This document shows, in pieces, positions 29,556 to 41,332 of a stretch of DNA of 64,000 nt. This stretch comes from Planctomycetota bacterium (GTDB lineage Bacteria; Planctomycetota; PLA2; JAEUHO01), in the NCBI GenBank assembly GCA_965222115.1, contig CBDCTJ010000003.1, positions 96,001 through 160,000 on the forward strand, read 5' to 3'. The number at the start of each line of letters is the position of its first letter. Positions within the stretch are counted from its first letter, which is position 1. Below the pieces are notes generated by a model. That model worked only from the letters and a program-made list of their open reading frames with translations, was not told the origin of the DNA and did no database searches. A program made the translations under genes and the position numbers.

Positions 29556-31106
29556 CGTCGATTCCAGGCGCCGTTCGCGCGTCGATTGCTCGCCAAATCG
29601 AAACGCGGGGCCTGTAGATCCATCCCCTTGCAACGCGGGAACGTGCATGACGAATGTGGCGCCCTCTCCTTGTTCGCTGTCCGCGAATATCTCACCCCCG
29701 TGCGAGTGCACGATGCGTTCGCAGATCGTGAGGCCAATGCCCGTACCCTCATATTTGTCACGTCCGTGGAGGCGGCCAAACATGGAGAAGATCTGGGCAG
29801 CGTACTTGGGTTCAAACCCTATCCCATTGTCTTTCACGCGAATCGTCCAACCGTTGTTGCCGCCCTCTTGATATGCCTCAGCGCTGATTCGAATGTGTGG
29901 CGCGCGGTCGCTGTGACGAAACTTAATCGCGTTTTCGACTAGATTGATGAACAATTGAACGAGTTGAGACGGTACCCCCGCGATCGTGGGCAGGTCTGAG
30001 ACGTGAAGCGTGGCGTCCTCTGCGACCATGCGTTCACCCAGCTCCGTGCGAGCCTCGTCTACGATCTCGTTGAGATCGACGGCTTCAAATGCTGCACCGG
30101 CACGCGAAACCCGTGCGAGTGCCAATAGATCGTCAATCAGCCGACGTGCACGCGAGGCCGCCGAGTGCGCGCGATCCAAATAGTCTCGACCGCGATCGTC
30201 CAGCCGATCTTGGTAGTCGGATACCAATCGACTGGAAAAAGCCTGAATCTTGCGCAACGGCTCCTGCAAATCGTGGCTCGCCGCATAGGCAAACTCTTCG
30301 AGTGCGCGGTTGCTTCGGAGCAAGTCCTGATTGCGCCCCCGTACTTCTTGCTCGGCCCGCGCGCGTTCGCCCGCCTCCAGGCGTAGCTCCTCGTTAATGC
30401 GCGCCAAAGCCTGTTCACTCGCCCGCAACTCGGCCTCACGGGCATCGCGTTCTTGAAGTGCGTTACCTAGCGCATTGACTGAATTCGCTAGACGACGAAG
30501 CTCGGGCGCGGCCGTCACGCGAAGCGGTTTGGCCATGCGGCCTTGAGTAAGCTCCGATAGCCCCCGGTCAATTTGAATCACGGGACGCGACGTGAGCAAG
30601 TGCGTCAGCACGGCAATCAATGCGCCCGTGCCCAACATGCCGAAAAACGTCGCAACCTGTAGCCGTTGTGCGTGCCGAGCGATGCGGGCACGCTGGGGCG
30701 CCATGTTCCAGGTTGCCACTGTGGAACCGAATGTCTCCGTGCTGATGGCGATGGGTGTACGCGAGACGAAAACGTCGGTTGCCCCGGCCGCATCGGATCG
30801 AATCCATGTAGCCAACTCCGTGCCATCGCGGTTGTGCACGGAGAGTCTGCTCAAATCGCGCAGTACGCGACCACTTTCTTCCACGACCGTTTCAAGGCCA
30901 AGCGCATCCTCGCGCACTACGGCTTCGACCGACGTGGCCGCCATGAGCGCCGTCAACTCACGACTCTGTTCCAGCAACTGGGATTCGAGGTACTGCGTCT
31001 CGGCGTCCCGTACAAACCGACCCAAGAGGAAGGCCGCGATGACGCTACAGAGTGCTACGGCGAGTATGATCTGCAACCACAGGGGCATTGCTCGCAAGGC
31101 ATTCAA
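29550..31106 (-). CDS. Membrane sensor histidine kinase (HAMP)
   Basis: 2 TM; FAYAASHDLQEPLRKI, NAIKF, DNGIG, GTGIGL. Confidence 0.9.
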   Translation of the reverse strand: MNALRAMPLWLQIILAVALCSVIAAFLLGRFVRDAETQYLESQLLEQSRELTALMAATSVEAVVREDALGLETVVEESGRVLRDLSRLSVHNRDGTELATWIRSDAAGATDVFVSRTPIAISTETFGSTVATWNMAPQRARIARHAQRLQVATFFGMLGTGALIAVLTHLLTSRPVIQIDRGLSELTQGRMAKPLRVTAAPELRRLANSVNALGNALQERDAREAELRASEQALARINEELRLEAGERARAEQEVRGRNQDLLRSNRALEEFAYAASHDLQEPLRKIQAFSSRLVSDYQDRLDDRGRDYLDRAHSAASRARRLIDDLLALARVSRAGAAFEAVDLNEIVDEARTELGERMVAEDATLHVSDLPTIAGVPSQLVQLFINLVENAIKFRHSDRAPHIRISAEAYQEGGNNGWTIRVKDNGIGFEPKYAAQIFSMFGRLHGRDKYEGTGIGLTICERIVHSHGGEIFADSEQGEGATFVMHVPALQGDGSTGPAFRFGEQSTRERRLESTS

Positions 31107-32056
31107 CGGGACGATTTCCCGTCAAAAAACGCATCGTTACTTTCCATGGCTTCCCGTATCGGCTGATAGAGACCCGTGTTGCCTTCCACGAAACCGGTGG
31201 CGCCCAACGCTTTGAGTGCGACCGGGCCTTGGAACTCGCGAAACACTTTGCGCATGGCCGCAACCACCCGCGCATCGAGCTTGGACCTGGCGACCCATGG
31301 CTTGGTCACGTTATCGAAGCGATGCAAGACGCGAAGCTCGCGGCCCTTTGCCACGAGCTTCTTAAACGTCCCTTCCTTCAGCGCGCCGGCGTCGTATTCG
31401 CGGGAGGCCACGGCAATGCCGACACGGTCGTGACGACCGAGGTATTCATGCCCGGCAAGATCGCGCTTGAATATGCCATGCTTGACAAGTTCATGCTGCG
31501 CCAGGTAACGACCGATCGTGGACATCTCGTCACCAAATGCAAATCGCTTGCCCTTGAGATCGGCGATCGTTTTGATCTCGCTCTTGGGGTGCACCGCAAT
31601 GACGCCGCTAAACGTTGTCTTGCCCTTCTTCGTCTCCACGGCCAACAGGTGAAGTCCCGGATTGTCACGTGTCGCCTCGACAAAGGACGCGGGGCCTAAG
31701 CGTGAAAAATCAACGCTCCCTTCAACCAGTGCGGAAACACCTTTGCGATAGGTCGGCGCCACCTCGGAGCGAATGGTCACGTTCTCTCCGAGTAACTCGG
31801 ACAATCGAGTCTGGAGCACATCCAAGGTGGGGCGAAACTGCTTGATGACAACACTAACTTTGTCGGTGGCGTACACGCCAAACACGATTGCACGCGATGG
31901 CCGATTCGTATTCGTGGCCTGATTTGATGCCGACTCCCCCTTCTCACTGGCAGTCGTTGTCTGGGCATCTCCGTTGCCACAAGCAGTCAAGACAAGTGAC
32001 AACACGAGGCCAGCCAACAGGTGGCCACTACGTGTAGGCTTCTGATTCTCAGACAT
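31103..32056 (-). CDS. PhnD-family phosphate/phosphonate-type substrate-binding lipoprotein
   Basis: LTAC lipobox; DLKGKRFAFGDEMSTIG; GRHDRV. Confidence 0.85.
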   Translation of the reverse strand: MSENQKPTRSGHLLAGLVLSLVLTACGNGDAQTTTASEKGESASNQATNTNRPSRAIVFGVYATDKVSVVIKQFRPTLDVLQTRLSELLGENVTIRSEVAPTYRKGVSALVEGSVDFSRLGPASFVEATRDNPGLHLLAVETKKGKTTFSGVIAVHPKSEIKTIADLKGKRFAFGDEMSTIGRYLAQHELVKHGIFKRDLAGHEYLGRHDRVGIAVASREYDAGALKEGTFKKLVAKGRELRVLHRFDNVTKPWVARSKLDARVVAAMRKVFREFQGPVALKALGATGFVEGNTGLYQPIREAMESNDAFFDGKSSR

Positions 32057-32107
32057 GGCGTGGTTCTCACAGCGATTGGACATTTCAAGGGATCGGGCGT
32101 ACGCGTT

Positions 32108-32896
32108 TCAAATTTCTTGGTGCTCGACGTCAAAGGACATACGTGTACCACCACTTGCTGGCGTCGAGACGACCAATTGCCCCCCGAGCAGCGCAACCGC
32201 CCGGTCCACTATGGCGAGTCCAACGCCGGTTCCCGGAAACTCCACATCGGGATGCAGAGAGCGAAACAGGGAGATCGCATCGGACGCCCGTTCCGGGTCG
32301 AGCCCAATACCGTTGTCCTCAACGAAGAACGTTTGTCGAGTCCGATCCGGGCCGTTCGTGGAACCGATCGAAATTCGTGGGGATGGCGACGCAGCGACGG
32401 CCTTGAGCGCATTGGACGTCAACTGTTCCGCAATCATCGCAAACAGACGCCGCGAGGTACAGACCGGGACCATGGGTGACAACGCTACATCGACGCGCTG
32501 TTCGGGATCCAATGATGCGTGGGTCCGCAGCGCCTCATGAAAGACAGCCGTGGGGTCAACAGGCTCGGCGTCAAGGGGAAGGGTACGCATGCGCGAGAGG
32601 GAGAGAATCGCCTCGATCATTTCACGAAGTCGCTCGGCGGCGCGGCGTATCCGATGAAGAAAGTCCTGCCCTTCTTCGTCTAGTCGTTCCGCATGATCGC
32701 GCAAGAGAATCTTCGAAAACCCGTCAAGACTTCGCAAGGGAGCACGGAGATCGTGAGAAATCGCGTACTCAAGATCCGCAAGCTGGCGCCGGACAGATGC
32801 CAGCGGATCTTCACGCGCCACGTGGTCGCCCCGTGCCTGCGTAAGCGTCTCGTTGGGTCTCCCTGGCGACGGGTTTCCGGCGGGGCGATCACTCAT
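32108..32896 (-). CDS. Cytoplasmic histidine kinase without sensor domain
   Basis: YAISHDLRAPLR, DNGIG, GTGVGLAIV; no TM. Confidence 0.85.
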   Translation of the reverse strand: MSDRPAGNPSPGRPNETLTQARGDHVAREDPLASVRRQLADLEYAISHDLRAPLRSLDGFSKILLRDHAERLDEEGQDFLHRIRRAAERLREMIEAILSLSRMRTLPLDAEPVDPTAVFHEALRTHASLDPEQRVDVALSPMVPVCTSRRLFAMIAEQLTSNALKAVAASPSPRISIGSTNGPDRTRQTFFVEDNGIGLDPERASDAISLFRSLHPDVEFPGTGVGLAIVDRAVALLGGQLVVSTPASGGTRMSFDVEHQEI

Positions 32897-32917
32897 ACGT
32901 TGGAACTTGCGCAGGTG

Positions 32918-33385
32918 CTAATGTGGCGGAAGTTCGACGATCGAAAACCAGTACCGTCCCAAGGTACGCATGGCTTCCACGAAACCGTCAAAGGTCACGG
33001 GCTTCGTCACAAATGAACTCACGCCCAGATCGTAGGTGCGCACAATATCCTCTTCGGCGCGCGATGTAGTCAACGCAACGACCGGAATGCGTCGCAAATC
33101 GGGATCGCTCTTGATTTCTTTCAACGCCTGTCGCCCATCTTTCTTGGGCATGTTTAGATCGAGGAGAATCAAACCCGGTCGAGGCGATGTGGTTGGGTCC
33201 TCGTAGCGACCTCGGCGATGGAGGTACTCCATCAGTTCTTCACCGTCACCGACATGATGCAACTCGTTGACGAGTCGGTTTTCCTTTAGCGCATCTTCGA
33301 TGAGTAACACGTCATCTGGATCGTCTTCGGCGAGGAGAATCACGATCGGCGACTGATCGTCCGGGGCTTTACGCAGATAGCTCAT
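32918..33385 (-). CDS. Single-domain response regulator (Rcp1-like)
   Basis: LLAEDDPDD, PGLILLDLNMPKKDG, FVTKPV, YWF. Confidence 0.9.
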   Translation of the reverse strand: MSYLRKAPDDQSPIVILLAEDDPDDVLLIEDALKENRLVNELHHVGDGEELMEYLHRRGRYEDPTTSPRPGLILLDLNMPKKDGRQALKEIKSDPDLRRIPVVALTTSRAEEDIVRTYDLGVSSFVTKPVTFDGFVEAMRTLGRYWFSIVELPPH

Positions 33386-33566
33386 GCCAAGACGATACCG
33401 ATGGGACCACGCGCGGCGCCCAAATTGCTGAACGAAGACGAGTACGCCCTCCGCTGCGGCGCCAGAAACTAGGGATCCGCGGCGTTCGGGGGTGGGTTTA
33501 GGGGTATCCTGACGTTCAGATTCGGACTCTCGGGGCATCCTCTCTGAGAACGTAGGAAAAGCGAGC

Positions 33567-35318
33567 ATGGAACCAGGCCGGGCCTTCCGAAAGCCGCTGC
33601 GGGTGTTGCTCCTGGAGGACGACGAGGACGATGCCATCCTCACCGTGCGCGAATTGCGTCGCTATGGACTCAATCTTGAGTGGGTTCGCATTGTGCAGAC
33701 CGAAGGCGAGTATCGCGAGTATCTCGACGACACGCTCGACTTGATACTTGCCGACCACGTGTTACCTGGCTTTGACTCCGAGCGTGCGCTCGACCTGCGC
33801 AATCGCATGGCCCCCGCCGTTCCCTTCATCGTTGTGTCCGGCAACATTCCCGAAACGCTGGCCATCCAATTGATGCGCCGCGGCGCAGTGGACTTCCTTA
33901 TGAAAGACCGACTGAGTCGGTTGGGGCCCGCCGTCGAGTCGGCGATTCGTCTCTCCACACTGCAACGAGAATCCGGCGTATTGCAGGATCCACTCACGCA
34001 ATTGCCCCGAACCGCGCCGCTGCTTCAGCTCATCGGTCAAGCCATCGAATCAGCCCGCCCCGTGCATGCCCCGCCGCTCGGACCTGCTCGTTTAGACAGC
34101 GTGCGCTTCGCCGTACTCATGATCGACGTCGACCGCATTCAGAATATCAATGCGAGTATGGGCTTCGAATCCGGGGACCGCGTACTGATCGAGATCGCTC
34201 GGCGACTCGAAGCCGTGCTGGAAGACAGTCACACGTTGGCGCGCGTGGGCGGTGACAAATTTGGCGCGCTGATTGAGGGTTTGGGCAATCGCACGGATGC
34301 ACTGGCCCTCGCCGAACGCATTCATCACCGCCTGGCAACACCGATGAACATCGATGGCGAGGACATGTTCGTCTCCGTCTGCATCGGTATTGCGCTCAGC
34401 AACCCGAGCTACATCAACGCTGAAGAGATCTTGCGCGATGCCGAAACCGCCATGTATCGCGCCAAACGTCGTGGACGCGCACGACACGAAATTTTCGAGA
34501 GTCAAATGCGCGTACGCGCCAAAAACATATTGCGGACCGAAGCCGAACTGCGTCGCGCTCTTGAGCGCCGCGACTTTCACCTCGAATACCAGCCCATTGT
34601 GAGCTTTGGCACTGGACGGATTGCGGGCTTTGAGGCATTGATTCGTTGGAACCATGCCGAGCGGGGCAAGGTCACGCCGTCGGTCATCATTCCGATTGCA
34701 GAAGAATCGGGTCTCATCGTGCCTATTGGCCGCTGGGTATTGGAGGAGGCCACGCGTCAACTGTCGTCGTGGCAGGCGCGTTGGCCGCAGGCCAAGGACG
34801 TGTACATGGCCGTGAACGTGTCGGCGCGACAGTTCAGCAGCGCGGATTTCGTAAGGGACGTGGACGAAGTGCTGAGGCAGTCGGGCGTGGAAGCCAAGTC
34901 GCTAGCACTTGAACTCACGGAAACTGTGTTGATGCAGAGTGACTCCGAAGGCGTGAGTCAGCAGTTCCGCCAGTTGCAGAATATGGGTGTGCGTGTGCTG
35001 CTTGACGACTTTGGTACGGGCTATTCGTCGCTCAGCTACCTGAGCCGCTATCCCGTGGATGGCATCAAGATCGATCGTTCGTTCGTGGGCACGATTGAAG
35101 GACAGCGCTACAACCGCGCCATCATCTTGATGATTCTTGGCCTCGCCAAATCTCTCAATCTGCCCGTGATTGCTGAAGGCATCGAAACCGAGACTCAGAA
35201 ACGGGAACTCGCGCAACTTGGCTGCAGCCTCGGACAGGGCTATCACTTATCGCGCCCGCTGCGTCCCGACCAGATTCATGAAGTATGGGAAACCGATGAG
35301 CAATCGGCTGCGCCGTAG
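33567..35318 (+). CDS. REC-GGDEF-EAL protein (GGDKF variant)
   Basis: LLLEDDEDD REC; ARVGGDKF; FEALIRW; LDDFGTGYSSLSYL. Confidence 0.92.
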   Translation: MEPGRAFRKPLRVLLLEDDEDDAILTVRELRRYGLNLEWVRIVQTEGEYREYLDDTLDLILADHVLPGFDSERALDLRNRMAPAVPFIVVSGNIPETLAIQLMRRGAVDFLMKDRLSRLGPAVESAIRLSTLQRESGVLQDPLTQLPRTAPLLQLIGQAIESARPVHAPPLGPARLDSVRFAVLMIDVDRIQNINASMGFESGDRVLIEIARRLEAVLEDSHTLARVGGDKFGALIEGLGNRTDALALAERIHHRLATPMNIDGEDMFVSVCIGIALSNPSYINAEEILRDAETAMYRAKRRGRARHEIFESQMRVRAKNILRTEAELRRALERRDFHLEYQPIVSFGTGRIAGFEALIRWNHAERGKVTPSVIIPIAEESGLIVPIGRWVLEEATRQLSSWQARWPQAKDVYMAVNVSARQFSSADFVRDVDEVLRQSGVEAKSLALELTETVLMQSDSEGVSQQFRQLQNMGVRVLLDDFGTGYSSLSYLSRYPVDGIKIDRSFVGTIEGQRYNRAIILMILGLAKSLNLPVIAEGIETETQKRELAQLGCSLGQGYHLSRPLRPDQIHEVWETDEQSAAP

Positions 35319-35427
35319 CCGCCGACTCGCGTGTACATGCATCAACGAAATCATGCGTCAAAACGAAGAGAGGCGCGCCCGGCATGGAACGGACGCGCCC
35401 ATTGCTTTTCGTTCGAATGGCTACTCG

Positions 35428-36192
35428 CTACTTCGGTTTCTTACCTGCCTTGAGGAGCGGCCCGAGCATCTGTGCACAGCCGGGCTGTTTGCCGGGCGCG
35501 CGCCCCCCACCGCTGGGCGGAAATCCACCCTGCGGAAATCCGCCGCCCTGCGGAGCACCGCCACCAGGAGGAAAGCCGCCCTGTGGAAAGCCGCCGCCTT
35601 GACCCTGCGGGGGATATCCGCCTTGCGGGAACCCGCCACCTTGAGGCTGTTGCGGGGCGCGACCTCGAAGGATATCGCCAAGGATGTCGCCGATGCCGCC
35701 ACCCCTCGGGATCTGCCGTTCTTCATGCTCGAGGATTTGCGGAAGCCGTTGTTGGTCGTAACCACCGGTGGGTTGTGAACGACGCTGGCCAAGCACGCCG
35801 AGCACAAGCGGCGCGAGAATCGTCATCAATCGATTGATCGTTGCGGAATCAAGCCGAATGAAACCACCGAGGGCCGATGAGATCGCGTCGAGATTGTCAC
35901 CAAACACGTGGCGAAGAATGCCTGCACCGGGGCCAGCCTCGGGATAGTCGATCACGTCTTCAATGCGATTCAGCACGGCGCCGTCATGATCTTTTTCAAT
36001 TGCGCGGTAGAGCGCGGCAGCGCCCTGAGGATCGCGAACATTGTTGGACAGTGCCTTGAACAATAGCGGCACGGCGGCGTCGACGGCGGCCGACGCTTGT
36101 TGGGGCTGGGAACGAATGCTGCGACTAATACGATCGAGGTGATTGCGTTGCAGTGCGGCTGTAAGTTCGCTCGCCATAGAATTGGACGACAT
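35428..36192 (-). CDS. DUF937-like protein with GGFPQ repeat tail
   Basis: AIEKDHDG, GAGILRHVFG, ILAPLVLG; PQGGGFPQGG repeats. Confidence 0.75.
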   Translation of the reverse strand: MSSNSMASELTAALQRNHLDRISRSIRSQPQQASAAVDAAVPLLFKALSNNVRDPQGAAALYRAIEKDHDGAVLNRIEDVIDYPEAGPGAGILRHVFGDNLDAISSALGGFIRLDSATINRLMTILAPLVLGVLGQRRSQPTGGYDQQRLPQILEHEERQIPRGGGIGDILGDILRGRAPQQPQGGGFPQGGYPPQGQGGGFPQGGFPPGGGAPQGGGFPQGGFPPSGGGRAPGKQPGCAQMLGPLLKAGKKPK

Positions 36193-36325
36193 ATCGATTC
36201 TCCTGGTCAGGCTTCACGGACACGCTGCCTTGTAGACACTTGCGTCAACCCAAACCGGGGTCGCGACGTGCATGCCCATGAAGTGTGGGCGACCATACCA
36301 GAAACAGGGCGAAGCAGGGCTTTGA

Positions 36326-36355
36326 GGGGGAACGCGGGGGAACGCGGGGGAACGC
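36326..36355. repeat. Tandem repeat GGGGGAACGC x3
   Basis: Three perfect 10-bp units immediately after the aqpZ stop. Confidence 0.8.
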
Positions 36356-37062
36356 TACGCGTCTACGGGCTTTTCGCGCACCTCTTCAAGAGCCACCTTG
36401 TAGACAATGCCAGCCAAGACGGCCCCGGCGATGGGCGCAACCCAGAACAGCCAGAGTTGCTTGAGTGCCGCCGCGCCCTCGAAGATCGCCGGGCCCGTGC
36501 TGCGCGCTGGATTCACTGAGGTGTTTGTTACAGGAATACTAATCAAGTGGATCAAGGTGAGGCCCAACCCGATGGCGAGCCCCGCCATCCCAGGTGAGGC
36601 GAACCGATCTGTAGCGCCAAGGATGATGAGCAGGAAGAAGAACGTCATCGCGAACTCGGTGACGAGTGCGGCAATCATTGAGTAGTTTCCGTTCTTCGGT
36701 GAACGCCCCTCAAAGCCATTGGACGCAAAGGCGCCGTCCTTAATCTCAAAGCCCGCACGACCGGTGGCGATGACGTAAATCAGCCCGACGCCCGCCAAAG
36801 CGCCAAGAACCTGGGCAATGATGTAGGGCACGGCCTCCTTCGCTGGGTGGCGACCCGCGGCGATGAGCCCCAGGGTGACCGCCGGATTGAGGTGGCAACC
36901 GGAAATGTGGCCCACGGCGTAGGCCATGGTCAAAACGGTGAGCCCAAAGGCGATACTGATGCCGAGGATGCCTACGTGATTTCCGGCGAGCACGGCCGTG
37001 CCGCACCCACCCAGAACCAACCAAAACGTGCCATAAAACTCGGCTGTAAGCTTGCGCCCCAT
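36355..37062 (-). CDS. aqpZ: Aquaporin Z
   Basis: [11 protein letters not shown] and [12 protein letters not shown] boxes. Confidence 0.95.
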   Translation of the reverse strand: MGRKLTAEFYGTFWLVLGGCGTAVLAGNHVGILGISIAFGLTVLTMAYAVGHISGCHLNPAVTLGLIAAGRHPAKEAVPYIIAQVLGALAGVGLIYVIATGRAGFEIKDGAFASNGFEGRSPKNGNYSMIAALVTEFAMTFFFLLIILGATDRFASPGMAGLAIGLGLTLIHLISIPVTNTSVNPARSTGPAIFEGAAALKQLWLFWVAPIAGAVLAGIVYKVALEEVREKPVDA

Positions 37063-37441
37063 AATGCCTCCCGGTGCGAACTGTATTGGTGCAAAGTGAT
37101 TTGGTGCGCCTCGATCCTGAATGCCGCGCGCGCCGCCTGCGGCTCCTCTCGTACCACAAACGAAGTCCAAACATCAAGGCAGAGCCCAACGTGAGGCGTT
37201 CCGGACGATCCCGCAGATCCAAAAGCTCAGCCAATTGTCTCTTGCGGGCCTCGGCGGGGCGTTATCACGCGGGCCTACGACCTGGCAGCGGCATTTGGGC
37301 TATTGCAGGTAGTTCCTCGTAGATCGAACGAAAGAGAAGACCCGGTGTAGTGGCGGACTGCACGTTCGCGGCCCGTCACGCGTGAAGCGGAAGCTACGTG
37401 AAAACGAGGCGCTGCTCCGCACACCGTTTGAAAGGACTGCT

Positions 37442-37831
37442 ATGAAGACAACTTTGACTATCGCGCTTGCTGCCATGCTTGCCTTCCTCCCCGCTTGCGG
37501 TGGCGACTCGGCTGTCATGAGCCTTGACGACGCCAAGGCCATGCTCACCAAGGGCATGAAGCAGGGCAACGACATCAAGAGCGCGTTCGACGGCATCACG
37601 GACGAAGCCACGGCCAAGTCGGCGCTTCCCAATCTCACCAAGTGGATTCCCGCACTGACGAAGTCGCAGTCGGCGCTCTCAGCGCTTCCGAGTTCACTGA
37701 CCGATAAGATGCCCGACTTCAAAAAGTTTGGTGGCCTCTTCGACGGCATCAAGGCCAAGGCCATGGAACTCTTGAAGAACGCCGCCATCAAAGGTGTGCT
37801 CGGCAAGGTATTGGGCGCATTCGGTAAGTAG
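37442..37831 (+). CDS. Small lipoprotein
   Basis: AAAGGA RBS; LPAC lipobox; GITDEATAKSALPNL. Confidence 0.75.
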   Translation: MKTTLTIALAAMLAFLPACGGDSAVMSLDDAKAMLTKGMKQGNDIKSAFDGITDEATAKSALPNLTKWIPALTKSQSALSALPSSLTDKMPDFKKFGGLFDGIKAKAMELLKNAAIKGVLGKVLGAFGK

Positions 37832-37932
37832 TCGCGCATCCGATCGGCGCGTCACGCGTCAATCGATTCAATACGCGTGGGCCTGTTTCCGTTTGGAAGC
37901 GGGCCCATTCTCTTTTTTGATCCGCCGGAAGA

Positions 37933-38682
37933 CTAGGCGTCGCCGCGGAGCAGAGCGCGGCGATAATCGCGATTGAGATCGCCGATGAACGAGACGCTGA
38001 TCTCCTTGGGGCACGCGCCTTCGCAATCGAATGTGTTCGTGCAAGCGCCAAAGGCCTCCGCATCCATGGCTTCCACCATGCCTAGCGCGCGACGATTGCG
38101 CTCAGTTTGCCCCTGAGGAAGATTCGCCAAATGGCCCACCTTGGCGGCCACGAAAAGCATGGCCGAGGCGTTCTTGCACGCGGCCACGCAGGCGCCGCAA
38201 CCGATACACGCGGCGGCATCGAATGCGTATTCCGCTTCGTCTTTCGGTATCGGAATCAGATTGGCGTCGGGTGCACCGCCGGTGTTCACGCTCACGTAGC
38301 CACCGGCCTGCTGAATGCGATCAAACGCCGTGCGATCGACGACCAAATCGCGAATGACGGGGAACGCCTTGGCGCGCCACGGCTCAATCACAACGGTGTC
38401 GCCATCCTTGAATCGCCGCATGTGCAATTGGCACGTGGTGGTGCCCTTGTCGGGGCCATGGGGACGCCCATCGATCATGAGCGAACACGTTCCGCAAATG
38501 CCCTCGCGGCAATCGTGATCGAATGCGATGGGGTCATTCCCCTCAGCGAGCAATTGCTCATTGAGAACATCGAGCATCTCAAGAAACGACATGTGCTCGC
38601 TGACGCCATCGAGCGAATAGGTTTCCAAACGACCGGCATCATCGGTACTCTTTTGCCGCCAAACACGAAGGGTAAGCTTCAC
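37933..38682 (-). CDS. sdhB: Succinate dehydrogenase/fumarate reductase Fe-S subunit
   Basis: [32 protein letters not shown]. Confidence 0.95.
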   Translation of the reverse strand: MKLTLRVWRQKSTDDAGRLETYSLDGVSEHMSFLEMLDVLNEQLLAEGNDPIAFDHDCREGICGTCSLMIDGRPHGPDKGTTTCQLHMRRFKDGDTVVIEPWRAKAFPVIRDLVVDRTAFDRIQQAGGYVSVNTGGAPDANLIPIPKDEAEYAFDAAACIGCGACVAACKNASAMLFVAAKVGHLANLPQGQTERNRRALGMVEAMDAEAFGACTNTFDCEGACPKEISVSFIGDLNRDYRRALLRGDA

Positions 38683-38703
38683 AGATAGGCTCCTTAACCC
38701 GCG

Positions 38704-40617
38704 CTACTTGTAGCTCCGCGTGGTGAGTTCTACGCGCTCGAAATCGAGTTCTTCTTTGTGACGGCGGGGCGTCTTGCCCTCGCCTTGGTATTCCCACACG
38801 GCCACGTGGGTGTAGTCCTCGTCGTTGCGCGCGGCCTCACCTTCCGCCGTACAGTATTCCTCGCGGAAATGACCTCCGCACGACTCCTCGCGCTCCAACG
38901 CGTCGCGGACCATGACCTCGGCAAACTCCAAGAAGTCGGCCACACGACCTGCTTTTTCAAGTCCCACGTTTAGGCAAGCACTTCCACCCGCCACGCGCAG
39001 ATCTTCCCAAAACTCCTGACGGAGCGCTGGAATCTCTTCCAGTGCCTTCTTGAGGCCGTCGGCATTACGCGACATGCCGCAGCGATCCCACATGATCTGG
39101 CCAAGCGCACGGTGGAACGAATCCGCGGATCGTTTGCCGGAAATCGAAAGCAATTTACTAATGCGCGCCGTGGCTTCCGCCTCGGCCGATGCAAATTCGG
39201 GCGCATCGCTCGACACCTTGGCCGGGCCTGCTTGCGCCAAGTAGTTGCCAATGGTGTAGGGCAGGACGAAATAGCCGTCGGCCAAGCCTTGCATGAGCGC
39301 ACTGGCGCCCAGTCGATTGGCGCCGTGATCAGAAAAGTTGGCTTCGCCAATCACGTGCAACCCCGGCACATTGCTCATGAGGTTGTAGTCAACCCACAAG
39401 CCCCCCATCGTGTAGTGCACGGCGGGATAAATGCGCATGGGCACCTTGTAGGGATTCTCGTCGGTAATCTTTTCGTACATGTGAAAGAGATTGCCGTAGC
39501 GCGCGCGAATCGCGTCTTCGCCCAAACGACCGATGGCGTGAGCAAAGTCGAGATAGACGCCCAGACCTGTGGGTCCCACACCGCGGCCTTCGTCGCAGGC
39601 GAGCTTTGCGGCACGCGATGCCACGTCGCGCGGTACCAAGTTGCCGAAACTCGGGTAGCGACGCTCCAAGTAGTAGTCGCGATCCGATTCAGGAATGCTG
39701 CTGGGAGGACGCTTGTCGCCAATCTCCTTGGGCACCCACACGCGACCGTCGTTGCGCAGCGATTCGGACATCAACGTGAGTTTGCTCTGGTAGTCGCCGC
39801 TCACGGGAATGCATGTGGGGTGAATCTGCGTGAAGCATGGATTGGCGAAACCGGCCCCGCGGCGATACGCACGGAAACTGGCGGTCACGTTGCTGCCCTT
39901 GGCATTGGTCGAAAGGTAGTAGGCATTGCCGTAACCGCCTGTGGCCAAAACCACGGCATCGGCCGCATGCGACGAAATCGTGCCGCGCACCAGGTCGCGC
40001 GTCACAATGCCCACCGCACGGCCACCGCTCAGCACCAAGTCGAGCATTTCCGTGCGCGGAAACATGCGCACTTTGCCCTTGGCAATCTGACGACTCAGGG
40101 CGCCATAGCAACCGAGCAACAATTGCTGTCCCGTTTGGCCACGGGCATAAAACGTTCGTGAAACCTGCGCGCCGCCGAAGCTGCGGTTATCGAGCAATCC
40201 GCCGTACTCACGAGCGAACGGTACACCCTGCGCGACGCATTGATCGATGATGCTGTTGCTGACTTGCGCCAAGCGATATACGTTGGCTTCGCGCGAGCGG
40301 TAGTCGCCACCCTTGATGGTGTCGTAAAAGAGCCGCCAAATGCTGTCGCCGTCGTTGGGGTAGTTCTTGGCGGCGTTGATGCCACCTTGGGCGGCAATGC
40401 TGTGTGCCCGGCGCGCGCTGTCTTGAAAGCAAAACGCGTCTACGTCGTAGCCGAGTTCCGCGAGCGAGGCCGCGGCGGAACCACCGGCGAGCCCCGTACC
40501 CACGACGATGACGCGAAATCCGCGTTTGTTGGCCGGATTGACGAGTTTCATGGTGGACAAATGGTGCTGCCACTTGTCTTCGAGCCGCCCGGAGGGCGTA
40601 TTGGCGTTGAGCTTCAT
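38704..40617 (-). CDS. sdhA: Succinate dehydrogenase/fumarate reductase flavoprotein
   Basis: [36 protein letters not shown]. Confidence 0.95.
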   Translation of the reverse strand: MKLNANTPSGRLEDKWQHHLSTMKLVNPANKRGFRVIVVGTGLAGGSAAASLAELGYDVDAFCFQDSARRAHSIAAQGGINAAKNYPNDGDSIWRLFYDTIKGGDYRSREANVYRLAQVSNSIIDQCVAQGVPFAREYGGLLDNRSFGGAQVSRTFYARGQTGQQLLLGCYGALSRQIAKGKVRMFPRTEMLDLVLSGGRAVGIVTRDLVRGTISSHAADAVVLATGGYGNAYYLSTNAKGSNVTASFRAYRRGAGFANPCFTQIHPTCIPVSGDYQSKLTLMSESLRNDGRVWVPKEIGDKRPPSSIPESDRDYYLERRYPSFGNLVPRDVASRAAKLACDEGRGVGPTGLGVYLDFAHAIGRLGEDAIRARYGNLFHMYEKITDENPYKVPMRIYPAVHYTMGGLWVDYNLMSNVPGLHVIGEANFSDHGANRLGASALMQGLADGYFVLPYTIGNYLAQAGPAKVSSDAPEFASAEAEATARISKLLSISGKRSADSFHRALGQIMWDRCGMSRNADGLKKALEEIPALRQEFWEDLRVAGGSACLNVGLEKAGRVADFLEFAEVMVRDALEREESCGGHFREEYCTAEGEAARNDEDYTHVAVWEYQGEGKTPRRHKEELDFERVELTTRSYK

Positions 40618-40618
40618 A

Positions 40619-41332
40619 TTAGTTCACGCCTCCTGGCAGCTTGATGAGTCCGAAGAACACGGCGAGCGGCATGGAGCAGTTGCCCACCACAATCAGTCCC
40701 GCGACGAGCCAACCCAAGAGCGCTGTAAGTGGCCGATAACTGGGTCGATTGATGCCCAATGTCTGGAACAGACTGCTCACGCCGTGCTTTAGGTGAAATC
40801 CAAGCAAGATCATGGCCACCACGTAGGCGATGGTCACCGGCGCCTGCTGGAAGCCAAGCACCACCATGGAAAAGACGTCGTGTCGGCCCAGTTCGTCCAC
40901 AGCTTTGTAGTGTTCTGGGTGCGTCACGCCCAAGGTGAGATGCAGTAGGTGGAATACGAGAAAGGCAAGGATGATGAGCCCACTCATGACCATGGTGCGG
41001 GACGCAAGGGCGCTCAAAATTGGGCGATGTTCGTTGTAAGCAACCGGTCGCGCGGCCGCATTTCGAAGTGAAAGTCGCATCGCGCTGGCGATGTGCACGA
41101 TGAATATGCCAAGCAAGCCAATGCGCGCCACCCATAGCAGCGGACCCATGTCTTTGAGGCCTTGGGCGTAGCTATTGACGGCATCTTGCCCCTTGAAGAT
41201 CAAGAGGTTTCCAGCCATGTGGGCCAGTACGAAAAGCAACAACGCTGCGCCCGTGAGCGCCATGATGTACTTCGTTCCGATGGAACTGCGAAGGCCCCGA
41301 ACGATTCGGGGACTCCCGTCGCTTGCGTGCAT
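40619..41332 (-). CDS. sdhC: Succinate dehydrogenase cytochrome b subunit
   Basis: [24 protein letters not shown]; GGAGG RBS. Confidence 0.92.
   Translation of the reverse strand: MHASDGSPRIVRGLRSSIGTKYIMALTGAALLLFVLAHMAGNLLIFKGQDAVNSYAQGLKDMGPLLWVARIGLLGIFIVHIASAMRLSLRNAAARPVAYNEHRPILSALASRTMVMSGLIILAFLVFHLLHLTLGVTHPEHYKAVDELGRHDVFSMVVLGFQQAPVTIAYVVAMILLGFHLKHGVSSLFQTLGINRPSYRPLTALLGWLVAGLIVVGNCSMPLAVFFGLIKLPGGVN

Noticed and set aside
36326-36355. GGGGGAACGC x3 resembles the end of type I-E CRISPR repeats
   Set aside because: Contiguous 10-bp units with no spacers and no cas genes
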